A stretch of 63,201 nt of DNA, filler included. It is 9 parts of 9 records of this genome, joined end to end, with 100 filler letters (N's around TTAATTAATTAA, not from the genome) between each part and the next. Parts side by side here need not be neighbours in the genome. Positions count along the whole stretch, not along the records: positions 31,013 to 40,080 come from SRR2962707_3775; positions 40,181 to 50,642 come from SRR2962707_3782; 7 more parts are not named here. One strand, 5' to 3'. Below, piece after piece: positions 33,717 through 43,618 of this stretch. Below the pieces are notes generated by a model. The model had not been told where the DNA came from, did no database searches, and saw only the letters and a list, made by a program, of their open reading frames with translations. The position numbers and the translations under genes are program-made. Position 1 is the first letter of the stretch; each line of letters starts with the position of its first letter.

Positions 33717-36700
33717 TCAGTCCAGGCTGGTCAGCAGCCGCGGCTTTTCGATGGTGAAACCCTGAGCGTAATCCACACCCAGACTGGTCAGCATATCGAG
33801 AACCGCGCGGGTTTCAACCCGTGAAGCAATCACTTCCCGTTTCATGTAGTGCGCCATATCCACCATGGACTTCACCATGGCCTGATCGGTTTCACTGGTG
33901 TCCAGTTGGCTGGTGAAGGCGCTGTCCAGCTTGATCATGTCCACCGGCAGGCTGCGCATGAACTGGAACGACGTTGGCCCACTGCCAAAATCCCCCAGGC
34001 AGAAACGGCATCCCAGCTCCTTCATTTCCTCAATGAATTCTGAAATGCCCTGAATGTCGTTGATCGCGGAGGCCTCGGTTATTTCGAACCACAGTCGTTC
34101 AATGGGTGCGTCCTTCTGGCTCAGCTTGTCGTAAATAAACTCCATCAACTGCTGATCATTCAACGAGTGGCCAGAAAGGTTGATGCAAATCCCCCCCATG
34201 TGCTTCGGATCCGGTGCGTGGTCGCGCAGCCAGTCCAGCATATGCCCCACCACCCAGCGGTCCACCGCCTGCATGCGATCATAACGCTCCGCCATGCGGA
34301 CAAAATCCTTGCCGGTGATAAGGTTGCCGTCATCACCATACATACTGATGAGAACCTCATACTGCGCTGCCATGGACGTACGCGCGTGCAGCGGGATGAT
34401 CTTCTGGCAACGCAGCAACATACGCTCCTCGTTGAGATCCCCAAGGTTGGCCACCTTCGCTGCAATCTGCTCCTGACGGGCATGGTCATGCGCATCCAGG
34501 GTGTATTCCATCACCTTGCCATGGCCGCGTTTCTTGGCCGACTTCATGGCTTCCTCCGCCGCCTTCAGCCAACGTTCGGCATTTGCCAGCGCCGGCAACT
34601 CAGGTGCCAGGCCAACACTGGCAGAGAGATGGTAACTGCCACTGTCGAACACAAATTCCATGGCTTCTATGGCTGAGACTATCCCACGGGACGCGTCCAG
34701 GGCGTTTTCCGCCGGCAACATAAACGCGAACTCGTTCCCCGAGAACCGGGCCAGCGGCATGCCATCACCAACATGGCTGCGAAGCACATCAGCCACCCTG
34801 CGCAATGCTTCATCACCGGCCTGATAGCCGGCCGTATCGTTGAGCAGACGGAACTGCCGCAGGTCCAGCAACACAAGAGCCCGCTGGTCCTCGCGCCTGG
34901 CCAGTTGCTGATCCAACATACGTTCAAATTCGCGGCGCCCCAGCAAGCCGGTCAGCTCGTCATGGGTGGACGCCCACGACAACTGGTCATAGACCTTACG
35001 CACCATCCGGTCGATGCTCTCATCCACCAGGGGCCGGTCGTACTGGTTGTCCGGAACGATAATGCCTTTGCGCATGTGTTGGGCCAAAGCCTCCAGAGCC
35101 AGCTCGACCACGCGCATACCCTGATGATTGACGAATACAAATCGACTGAAGCCTCGGGCTACCCATACCAGGCGGATATACTGGGGTTCATCCGGTTTTT
35201 CCTGATCCCGCAACCAGTCGCCGGTACGCAGTTGCTGTGCCCGGTTGATCCACCGCTGCAGGCTGCGCTGATCACGCTCGGACATTGCCTGACGCTTGTC
35301 GTCCTCGCTTTTCGACGGTGGAATCTCCACCATCTCGGGCGGGTTTTCAGGGCTGCGCACCAGGAACTGCTTGAGCTCGTCGCGTATCTGGGAGGACGGC
35401 ATGTGGTTGCTGGAGATAGACGCCAGCCCATCCTGGATCACCCGCAGCAGTTCGGGCAGATTGATATTGCTTTGCGGATCCTCCGCGAAGGTCATCAGCG
35501 AATCGATCACCGACAGGTAATCCTGCCACAGTGGGCTGTCCTCTCCCTGGCGTATCCAGGTCAGCGACAGCAGGTCTCGCCAGCCGCCATCCAGCAGACT
35601 GACCACGGCTTTCGGCACTTTTTTCCCGGCCAGTTTAAGCTCCAGCACCCGGGCAACCGCCTTCTTGGATTCAGAAACCTTCTGGGCGCCCTCCGCTGCT
35701 GCCGTTACCCTTTCCACGTTGCGGCGGTAGACCAGGTTCTGGCGATCAATCAGCGAGTCCAACTCCTGCACCGCGTTCTCGAACACGCTGGTATCCTGCT
35801 CAAAATCGGTGGCGATCCGCTGGATCAGCTCATCAATACGCCGCTGAACAACCGGATTGATGCGGCCGCCTTTCACACCCAACTGGGCCAGGCGATTCAT
35901 CACACCGCGCACCGGGCTTTCCTGGTCGTCGAAGAATTCCGGGTCGCGCATCACCACTTTCAGCACTGGTACTTCCAGCTGGCGCATCCGCGACTGGGCG
36001 TATTCACTGAGTTTCGGGCTTTCCACCACACTGTTGAAGAAGCGGTCCACCACGTCCAGCGTGCCCTGTTGCTCTTCGCCCAGGGCATGTTCACCGCTTT
36101 CCTTCACTCTTTCCACGACACGTTCGCGGAGGGAGGGCTGGTCCGGAGCCACCGTCGCAGCCTGTACCTGGAGCTCCTGCAATTGCTTCTGTAACTCTCC
36201 GGCAGACAGCTCCCTCGCACCGGGGGAAAAATCAGCAGGAGCAACGTCGCCCCTTGCCAGGCGGCTGGCAGACAGGGTACCGAGGAGGTTTTTTACCGTG
36301 GCAAAAGCGTTCTGGGCGGCGCTGGCATAGCCCCGAAACTCGGTCACCGACTTACGGGATGACTGTTGGCTGTTCTTGTGCGCCGGGGCCTGCTGTACCG
36401 CCGCTCCAGAGTCGTCCGGTTGCCGTGCTTCCGCCGGCGGAGCTGGTTTTTTCTCGCTCTGTTCGGATGTCTTTGGCGCCTGCTCACTGAGATACTTGCT
36501 GAGATCCAGGTCCGGCAGCACACCATGGCGGATCAGGATGCTGTTCAACTCCCGGTACAGCGGCCCAAGGTGCATCAGCACCGATTTTTCGAAGACACGC
36601 AGGCAGACTTTTTCTACCTCGCGATCCGCCTTGAGCTGGCTCAAGCCAACATGGAAAGACTCACAGATCAGCGAAGGCCCCAACGGATTATGATGCCCCG

Positions 36701-37466
36701 TGGAATTGGCGATGCCCAGTTTATCGAGCCGCAACTTCAGCTGAAGCAATTCACCCCGATATTGGGTATCCGCCTTCGTGACCATCACCCGAATCGTCAG
36801 CCAGTCTTCGAACTCGCCCTTGTCGACAACCGACAATTCAGACCCTGGAAACCCCTTCTGAGCAGGCTTTAGTGGCGATTCCAGGCTACGCGCCATCTGA
36901 TGCCAGATGACCCGCTGACGGGCCTGAAGCTGGCCAGAGGCGTCCATGTACTCATTCGCCTGCTGGTCATTACCAGCCTTCTGGGCAGCATCCCGCAAGG
37001 CGGTTGTCATCTGCACAAGACAGGCATCCATCAACGGCTCAATATACTGAATCACCGCCTTCGCGGATTGATGCAGAACAAACTGGACCTTGTCACTGGG
37101 TGCCCGTAGTGACGCACGGTCCTGATGACGGTTGGCACCACATTGCTCCAGCATGGCGCTGACGGCTTCCGGGTTGGAGCGGGTAAAACTCACGCCCATG
37201 GCGCCCTCTATCCGCCGTCTGATATTCACATGAAGCTCATGGCGCTTACGGCCGTCAGGGCTGCGAAAGCGTACCACCAGTTCCTCGGCACCCCGTGAGA
37301 GCACCTGATCCAGTTTTCTGGACGTTTCCCCGGAATAACGTACAAACAGGCCTTCCGCGCAAAAGTCGGCGATCTGGCACGGTAGATTGTCGCCACTGCC
37401 AACATCCAGCTGAGCAGCGAGTTTAATCGGTTGGCGGGGACTAGAACGACGTTCTTTCGGATCCAT
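33717..37466 (-). CDS. PilZ-DUF1631-GGDEF-EAL protein, degenerate catalytic motifs
   Basis: N-terminal ERRSSPR...DFCAEG (PilZ); DUF1631-like helical core; HDELTGLLGRR...SGNEF; EVL...FEITE...LGDFGSG...DYAQGF. Confidence 0.88.
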   Translation of the reverse strand: MDPKERRSSPRQPIKLAAQLDVGSGDNLPCQIADFCAEGLFVRYSGETSRKLDQVLSRGAEELVVRFRSPDGRKRHELHVNIRRRIEGAMGVSFTRSNPEAVSAMLEQCGANRHQDRASLRAPSDKVQFVLHQSAKAVIQYIEPLMDACLVQMTTALRDAAQKAGNDQQANEYMDASGQLQARQRVIWHQMARSLESPLKPAQKGFPGSELSVVDKGEFEDWLTIRVMVTKADTQYRGELLQLKLRLDKLGIANSTGHHNPLGPSLICESFHVGLSQLKADREVEKVCLRVFEKSVLMHLGPLYRELNSILIRHGVLPDLDLSKYLSEQAPKTSEQSEKKPAPPAEARQPDDSGAAVQQAPAHKNSQQSSRKSVTEFRGYASAAQNAFATVKNLLGTLSASRLARGDVAPADFSPGARELSAGELQKQLQELQVQAATVAPDQPSLRERVVERVKESGEHALGEEQQGTLDVVDRFFNSVVESPKLSEYAQSRMRQLEVPVLKVVMRDPEFFDDQESPVRGVMNRLAQLGVKGGRINPVVQRRIDELIQRIATDFEQDTSVFENAVQELDSLIDRQNLVYRRNVERVTAAAEGAQKVSESKKAVARVLELKLAGKKVPKAVVSLLDGGWRDLLSLTWIRQGEDSPLWQDYLSVIDSLMTFAEDPQSNINLPELLRVIQDGLASISSNHMPSSQIRDELKQFLVRSPENPPEMVEIPPSKSEDDKRQAMSERDQRSLQRWINRAQQLRTGDWLRDQEKPDEPQYIRLVWVARGFSRFVFVNHQGMRVVELALEALAQHMRKGIIVPDNQYDRPLVDESIDRMVRKVYDQLSWASTHDELTGLLGRREFERMLDQQLARREDQRALVLLDLRQFRLLNDTAGYQAGDEALRRVADVLRSHVGDGMPLARFSGNEFAFMLPAENALDASRGIVSAIEAMEFVFDSGSYHLSASVGLAPELPALANAERWLKAAEEAMKSAKKRGHGKVMEYTLDAHDHARQEQIAAKVANLGDLNEERMLLRCQKIIPLHARTSMAAQYEVLISMYGDDGNLITGKDFVRMAERYDRMQAVDRWVVGHMLDWLRDHAPDPKHMGGICINLSGHSLNDQQLMEFIYDKLSQKDAPIERLWFEITEASAINDIQGISEFIEEMKELGCRFCLGDFGSGPTSFQFMRSLPVDMIKLDSAFTSQLDTSETDQAMVKSMVDMAHYMKREVIASRVETRAVLDMLTSLGVDYAQGFTIEKPRLLTSLD

Positions 37467-37634
37467 GAACTACCTGATATCTGGTAAAGCCGAGTGACCC
37501 GATAGGGTAAACTGTTTCTGTCACCGGCCGGTATCCCTGAAAGGCAGCGGTAGCTACCTGCTACTTGGGGGAACATGGCTGTAATATAGCGTCTGGCAAC
37601 TATGCCAGCCAGCCACGAAATAACAGCCTGGACT

Positions 37635-38705
37635 ATGAAACAGCTTAGTCAGATCTACTTCGTTATGCTACTGATAACGACACTTTCAGGGTGTACGACT
37701 TTAGGTTATTACAGCCAGGCGGTCAGTGGCCACCTGTCACTGATGATGTCCACGCAATCCGTGTCCGGACTGATCGACGCACCATCAACACCGCCGGCGT
37801 TGAAGCAGAAACTCCTGGTGGCGAACGAAGCCCGTCAGTTTGCCGCGCATCGTCTGGCACTGCCGGTGGGAGACGCCTTTGCAGAGTACGCTGAGCTCGG
37901 GCGGCCCTGGGTGGTTGTCAATCTGGTGGCCGTTCCGGAGTTTTCCCTTCAGGCCCATCGGTGGTGCTACCCAGTGGTTGGCTGCCAGGCCTACCGGGGC
38001 TACTACGAGCTGGAGAACGCCCGGACCGAGCAGAAATTATTCATGGCGGACAACTACGACACGTTCATTGGTGGTGTCACCGCCTATTCAACCCTGGGCT
38101 GGTTCGACGACCCTCTACACACCGGCTTCACGTCCTTGCCAGACAACCGCATGGTAGCGCTGATGTTCCATGAACTGGCGCATCGCGTGGTCTATATAAG
38201 CGACGATACGGCCTTTAATGAGAGCTTCGCAACTGCCGTGGAGTTGGAGGGCCTCCGGCTGTGGCTGGAGGCAGAGGGCGATGGTTCGGGGTTCCAGAGG
38301 GCGCTGGCGCGTCTACGTCAACGCAACCAGACCCTCGCCCTGGTCGAGGACGTATCACGGCAGCTTGAAGCACTCTACGCCCAACAGGGCACACTGCCCA
38401 AGACGGAACTCCGACATCAGAAAGCGCAGCTGTTCCAGGCCCTCCAGGACGATTACCTGGCCCTGTCAGCAACCTGGGAGCAGCCAGGACCGTTTGGAGA
38501 AAATCCGACCGGACTGAACAACGCCAACCTCGCCCTGTTCAGCCAGTACAACCAGCATGTGCCCGCCTTCCGACAGTTACTCCGGGACCATGCTGGCGAC
38601 TTCAGCGACTTCTATAAAGCGGTGGAGACCCTGGCAGATCAGTCCCAAGACATTCGACAGCGCCGGCTATCCGATCTAGGACAACGCTTTCACGAAGACC
38701 TTTGA
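37635..38705 (+). CDS. Putative lipoprotein Zn aminopeptidase
   Basis: Lipobox LSGC; WCYPVVGCQAYRGYY, AYSTLGWFDDP, HELAH, DDTAFNESFATAVE. Confidence 0.85.
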   Translation: MKQLSQIYFVMLLITTLSGCTTLGYYSQAVSGHLSLMMSTQSVSGLIDAPSTPPALKQKLLVANEARQFAAHRLALPVGDAFAEYAELGRPWVVVNLVAVPEFSLQAHRWCYPVVGCQAYRGYYELENARTEQKLFMADNYDTFIGGVTAYSTLGWFDDPLHTGFTSLPDNRMVALMFHELAHRVVYISDDTAFNESFATAVELEGLRLWLEAEGDGSGFQRALARLRQRNQTLALVEDVSRQLEALYAQQGTLPKTELRHQKAQLFQALQDDYLALSATWEQPGPFGENPTGLNNANLALFSQYNQHVPAFRQLLRDHAGDFSDFYKAVETLADQSQDIRQRRLSDLGQRFHEDL

Positions 38706-39986
38706 GTTACGCTGGGTGTTGTAGGACGCCAGCTTCGGCCCCGGCAATTCACGCACCGTGGAAGGTTGGAACCCCCGTTCCCGGAACCAGTGTTCGGTCT
38801 GGGTGGTCAGCACGAACAACCGTTGGATGCCCTGGCCCCGGGCCAGCTTTTCAACCATCGCCAGGATGTCATCACCGCGACCGGCACGGCGATAGGCCTG
38901 GTCCACGGCGAAACATGAAAGCTCGCCCGCACCTTCATCGGGGTAATGGTAAAGCGCAGCGCATCCCACAATCGTGCCGTCCCGCTCAGCCACCACGAAC
39001 CGACTGATTTCGGTTTCCAGCATTTCCCGGGAACGGCGCACCAGAATGCCCTGCTCTTCCAGCGGCTGGATCAAGCCGAGAATACCGCCAATGTCCTCCA
39101 CCCGGGCCTGGCGGATCTGCTCGTAGTTGTCACCACTGACCAGCGTGCCCGCACCGTCACGGGTAAACAGCTCTTCCAGCAACGCGCCATCATCGACGTA
39201 ACTGATAATATGAGCCCGACGCACACCTTTCACGCAGGCGTCACAGGCTGCCCGCAACAGATCGCCATCATGCCCCTGCACCATACCTGCCGCCAGACGG
39301 TCAGATGCCTGACGAGCGGACAGTTCACGGATCAGTCCGGCATTTTCATCCAGCAACCCCTGATTCTCGGCAAACATGATGAGCTTCTCAGCCTGTAGCG
39401 CAGCGGCCACCTGGCTACCCACATCTTCATAAGACAGGTTAAAGGCATCCCCGGTCGGCGAATACCCAAGCGGCGGCAGCAGTACGATATGACCCAACTC
39501 CAGCAATTTCTCGATTCCGGCCACGTCTACCCGACGAACCTGCCCGGTATAGCCAAAATCGATGCCGTCCAGAACGCCTACCGGCCTCGCGGTGACATAG
39601 TTGCCGCTGCTTACCCTGATTCGTGCGTTATGCATGGGTGAGTTCACCAGTCCCATGGACAACTGGCTTTCCAGATACGCCCGCAGCCCACCAATGGCTT
39701 CCAGCACCGGCGTCAATTGTTGTTCCGGCGTTACCCGCAAGCCTCGGTGGAAAGTGGATTCTTCGTTTGCCGCGTCCAGACGCGACTGAATCTGGGGCCT
39801 TGCACCGAAGGCCACCACGAGCCGGATACCCAAACTGCTTAGCAAAGCAATGTCATGAATGATGTTGATCAGGTTGTCATGGGCAATCGCATCCCCCCCA
39901 ATCGTCAACACCACAGTGCGACCACGGTGTGCATTAATATAGGGCGATGAGTGGCGGAATCCATGCAACCATTCGTTCGATTTCAA
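38676..39986 (-). CDS. argA: Amino-acid N-acetyltransferase (N-acetylglutamate synthase)
   Basis: FRHSSPYINAHRGRT, DIALLSSLG, LLEELFTRDGAGT, GNAT domain, FVLTTQTEHWFRERGF, RNSKVF. Confidence 0.96.
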   Translation of the reverse strand: MKSNEWLHGFRHSSPYINAHRGRTVVLTIGGDAIAHDNLINIIHDIALLSSLGIRLVVAFGARPQIQSRLDAANEESTFHRGLRVTPEQQLTPVLEAIGGLRAYLESQLSMGLVNSPMHNARIRVSSGNYVTARPVGVLDGIDFGYTGQVRRVDVAGIEKLLELGHIVLLPPLGYSPTGDAFNLSYEDVGSQVAAALQAEKLIMFAENQGLLDENAGLIRELSARQASDRLAAGMVQGHDGDLLRAACDACVKGVRRAHIISYVDDGALLEELFTRDGAGTLVSGDNYEQIRQARVEDIGGILGLIQPLEEQGILVRRSREMLETEISRFVVAERDGTIVGCAALYHYPDEGAGELSCFAVDQAYRRAGRGDDILAMVEKLARGQGIQRLFVLTTQTEHWFRERGFQPSTVRELPGPKLASYNTQRNSKVFVKALS

Positions 39987-40024
39987 ACTCTTCTCCTGCG
40001 AGTTTTCAGCTTATGGAGCGTTCC

Positions 40025-40080
40025 GGGTATTGGCGGGAGACTCTCCCAACACACGCCCGTGAATACGTCCCTGTAGGGCT
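40025..40080. repeat. Probable start of an interspersed REP/MITE-like repeat at contig end
   Basis: ccgtgaatacgtccctgtagg resembles, from memory only, a multicopy intergenic element of Marinobacter-type genomes; the contig breaks inside it. Confidence 0.45.
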
Positions 40081-40180
40081 NNNNNNNNNNNNNNNNNNNN
40101 NNNNNNNNNNNNNNNNNNNNNNNNTTAATTAATTAANNNNNNNNNNNNNNNNNNNNNNNNNNNNNNNNNNNNNNNNNNNN
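40081..40180. other. Artificial contig spacer
   Basis: N44-TTAATTAATTAA-N44. Confidence 0.99.
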
Positions 40181-40375
40181 CGTGTAGCTGTGATGCGGGC
40201 GCAGCCGGTTGTCGAGGAATATGACATCGAAAGATTGACTGCGAAGCCTGCACAACGCCTCTTCCAGATTGTAGGCGGACACGAAGGGACAGTCGGGGCC
40301 GAACGTTTCATCGAGATAGAATGAAAAGAGTTCGTGCTGATTGGGATCATCATCGATCAATAAAATATTCTTCAT
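40181..40375 (-). CDS. Response regulator receiver, 3'-truncated
   Basis: MKNILLIDDD...FDVIFLDNRL with intact phospho-Asp. Confidence 0.85.
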
Positions 40376-40591
40376 GTTCGTGATCTCGCTTTACAGACGA
40401 AGCCCAGCTCCGCGCCCCATTTTCCCCTAAGAAATCATTGCCGGTCGCGACTTGTGCCAAGCTAGTGCCCCTACAATTTCGATCAGTATATAGCATAACG
40501 CTGCCATCACCTTTCAAAACACGCTTGGCTTCCCCGGAAAAACTGATCTTTACTGCCTCTTCCGAGATGCTTTCCCTGAGCTTCGGCGGTC

Positions 40592-43500
40592 TCAGGCCAT
40601 AATCTTTTTGAAGATTGTGCGGATACGTTTTGACGTGGCTTTGAAGTCTACCTCGAGGCTTGCAAGGCTTGGCGCCTCGCCTGAGCGGGTGACGAGATCA
40701 ATCAGCCCGGCAGGCGCTTCCTTTGGTTCGAACTTGCCCTCGGTGCACAGCCTGACGATCTGGGCATGACCGCTCCACAGTGCCAATGCCTGGCGCAGGC
40801 TTTCGGTGGTTTCCTCGCCGAGCGCGTCAGGACCAAGCGTCTTGAGCGTCGCATCGGTGCTGGTACATTCATTGTGATCCAGAGGCTGGGCAATCCGGTC
40901 AGGGTCCGTGCCCGTGAGCAGCCCCGCGGCTTCATCGTCTTCAGGTGCAGGCAGCCATCCCTCGGTGCGGGCGCTGAGCGAGAGATACTGGGCGATGAAT
41001 TCGATGTCGATCAGGCCGCCGGGGATCAGCTTGACGTCCCAGATATCGCCGGGGGGTTTTTCCTGTTCAATCAGCTCGCGCATTTCCGTCAGGTCGGCAA
41101 GCAGTTTCGCCCGGTCGCGCGGTTTGGCCAGCACCTCATCAATGAGCGCGCGGGCTTCGGCGCACAGGCTCACATCACCCGACACAGCGCGTGCGCGGGT
41201 CAGTGCCATGTGCTCCCAGGTCCAGGCTTCTTCCGCCTGATACTTGGAAAACGCCCGGATCGAGGTTGCCACAGGGCCCTTGTTTCCAGACGGGCGCAGC
41301 CTGAGATCTACTTCGTAGAGAATACCTTCGGCGGTGGGCGCGGACAGTGCCGCGACAAGCCGCTGGGTCATGCGGGTGTAATAGCGCACCGGATCGAGCG
41401 GCTTGGTTCCATCGGATTCGTCGGTGCCTGCGTCATGGTCATAGAGCAGGATGATGTCGATGTCGGAGCCTGCGGTGAGCTCGTAACTGCCAAGTTTGCC
41501 CATGCCGAGCACGGCAACCCTTCCGCCTTCAATCCGGCCATGGGCCTCTTCCATGCCTTCACGGACCGCATCGAGGGCCGCACCGATAATCAGGTCAGCC
41601 AGATGCGAGAAGCTGCGTGCGGCGCGCTCGGACGAAATCGAGCCGGTGAGCAGGCGAACACCGATCAGGAACTTCTGTTCCAGTGCAACAATGCGCAGCC
41701 GGTCGAGGATTTCCTCATAGGCCCGGGCACCCTCGAGAAAGTTCTCCAGACGTTCGGACAGATAGGCGCGGGTCGGCAGTTCGGCCATCAGTCCAGGATC
41801 AAGCATGCCGTCAAACACATGCGGCTTGCGGGAAATGATCTCTGCCAAACGCGGCGCGGAAGCCATGATCGTCACCATCAGCGACATCAAGCCCGGATTG
41901 TTGCCGATCAACGAAAACAGCTGGATGCCGGCGGGCAAGCCAGAGAGAAAGGCATCAAACCTCAGCAGCGCTTCATCGGCGCGCTTGGTGGCGCCGAATA
42001 CCCGCAAAAGCTCCGGGGTCAGCTCGGTGAGACGCTCGCGCGCCTCCTTGGACTGGGTGGCCCGATAGCGCCCGTAATGCCAAGTGCGGATGGTACGGGC
42101 TATGTCCGAAGGGCGTTCAAATCCCAGATCGGACAGCGTCTTGAGTGTGCCCGGGTCATCATCATCACCGGTGAACACCAGGTTGCCGACACCACCAGAG
42201 AGCCCCTGCTCCTTCTCGAAGAGGTCCGCATAGCATTGCTCGACACTGGTCAGCACCTTGACATAACTCTGGCCGAAACTTTTCGTGTCGGCATCCCCCA
42301 TCATCAGCGCGATGCGGGCCAGCTCGGCCTCGCTTTCCGGCAAGGTATGGCTCTGTTCGTCGCGCACCATCTGGATGCGGTGTTCAACATCACGGAGATA
42401 CCAGTAGCTTTCCACCAGCAGCCTGGCGGTGGCGGTGTCTATCCAACGGGCACGGGCCAGCGCCACAAGCATCTCGTCGGTGCGGCGCAGCCTCAGCTTC
42501 GGCATCCGGCCGCCGGCGATCAATTGCTGGGTCTGAACGAAGAACTCTATCTCGCGGATACCACCGCGCCCGAGCTTCACATTGTGGCCCTTGACTGCAA
42601 TGTCGCCAAAGCCGCGATGGGCGTGGATCTGCCGCTTGATCGAATGAATGTCCGAAATTGCCGCGAAATCGAGGTATTTGCGGAAGACGAACGGCACCAG
42701 CTCCTTGAGAAACCGCTCTCCCGCACTCTCGTCGCCAGCCACCGGCCGGGCCTTGATATAGGCCGCACGCTCCCAGTTTTGGCCCCGGCTTTCGTAATAG
42801 TTCATCGCGGCATCCAGCGGGAAAGCCAGCGGCGTTGACCCGGGATCCGGCCTCAGCCTGAGATCGGTCCGGAAGACATATCCGTCACCGGTGCGCTCCT
42901 GCATGATGCGCACCAGCCGCCGGACCATGCGGGCAAAGACTTCGGTCGCCTCATCCCGATCCTTCACCACATCGGCGGCCGGATCGAAGAAGACGACAAT
43001 ATCGATGTCGGAGGAGTAATTGAGTTCGTGGGCGCCGTGCTTGCCCATACCGAGCACGATAAGGCCGGAATTTTCGCTTGGATGGTCCGGATCCGGCAAG
43101 GCCAGCTTGCCCGCCTCATGTCCACTGCGCAGCAGGTGATCAAAGGCAGCACCCAAGGCCGCATCGGCAAGATCGCTCAGCGCTGCGGTGGTGTGCCTTG
43201 CGTCGATCAGCCGGGCCAGATCATGCAGCGCCAGGGTGAGCGATACACGCCGCTTGGCACGGCGAAGTTGCCGCATCAGTTCGGTTTCGCTGTTCAACCC
43301 GCCATCGGCATCGCGCCAGCAGACGCGTGCTTCCTCGATGGTTTTGGCCACCAGAAACGGTGCAGGCAATGAGACCGCCAGAGCCAGCGATTCAGGATCG
43401 CTCAGTGCGGTTTCGCGCAGGTAGGGCGACAAAGCCAGGGCAGCGAACAGAAACTCACGTGGCGCGCCTTCTGAGGAAAGAACAGCGGCGATCTCGAGAT

Positions 43501-43618
43501 GCTCGGCAGCCAGAGGTTTGAGATCGGCGGCAACAGACTTGGCTGCAGCCTGGGACGGCGCGCGAATGGGGCTCTTGGAAAGATCAGCAATCAATCCGGA
43601 TTGTGGCGTGTCTGTCAT
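40592..43618 (-). CDS. glnE: Glutamine synthetase adenylyltransferase/deadenylase
   Basis: Two NT domains: GMGKHGAHELNYSSDID...DLRLRPDP and GMGKLGSYELTAGSDID...DLRLRPSG; KLGRGGIREIEF. Confidence 0.97.
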   Translation of the reverse strand: MTDTPQSGLIADLSKSPIRAPSQAAAKSVAADLKPLAAEHLEIAAVLSSEGAPREFLFAALALSPYLRETALSDPESLALAVSLPAPFLVAKTIEEARVCWRDADGGLNSETELMRQLRRAKRRVSLTLALHDLARLIDARHTTAALSDLADAALGAAFDHLLRSGHEAGKLALPDPDHPSENSGLIVLGMGKHGAHELNYSSDIDIVVFFDPAADVVKDRDEATEVFARMVRRLVRIMQERTGDGYVFRTDLRLRPDPGSTPLAFPLDAAMNYYESRGQNWERAAYIKARPVAGDESAGERFLKELVPFVFRKYLDFAAISDIHSIKRQIHAHRGFGDIAVKGHNVKLGRGGIREIEFFVQTQQLIAGGRMPKLRLRRTDEMLVALARARWIDTATARLLVESYWYLRDVEHRIQMVRDEQSHTLPESEAELARIALMMGDADTKSFGQSYVKVLTSVEQCYADLFEKEQGLSGGVGNLVFTGDDDDPGTLKTLSDLGFERPSDIARTIRTWHYGRYRATQSKEARERLTELTPELLRVFGATKRADEALLRFDAFLSGLPAGIQLFSLIGNNPGLMSLMVTIMASAPRLAEIISRKPHVFDGMLDPGLMAELPTRAYLSERLENFLEGARAYEEILDRLRIVALEQKFLIGVRLLTGSISSERAARSFSHLADLIIGAALDAVREGMEEAHGRIEGGRVAVLGMGKLGSYELTAGSDIDIILLYDHDAGTDESDGTKPLDPVRYYTRMTQRLVAALSAPTAEGILYEVDLRLRPSGNKGPVATSIRAFSKYQAEEAWTWEHMALTRARAVSGDVSLCAEARALIDEVLAKPRDRAKLLADLTEMRELIEQEKPPGDIWDVKLIPGGLIDIEFIAQYLSLSARTEGWLPAPEDDEAAGLLTGTDPDRIAQPLDHNECTSTDATLKTLGPDALGEETTESLRQALALWSGHAQIVRLCTEGKFEPKEAPAGLIDLVTRSGEAPSLASLEVDFKATSKRIRTIFKKIMA

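Noticed and set aside
34773-36194. 473-aa plus-strand ORF
   Set aside because: Antisense shadow of the DUF1631 gene
40766-42838. 690-aa plus-strand ORF
   Set aside because: Antisense shadow of GC-rich glnE
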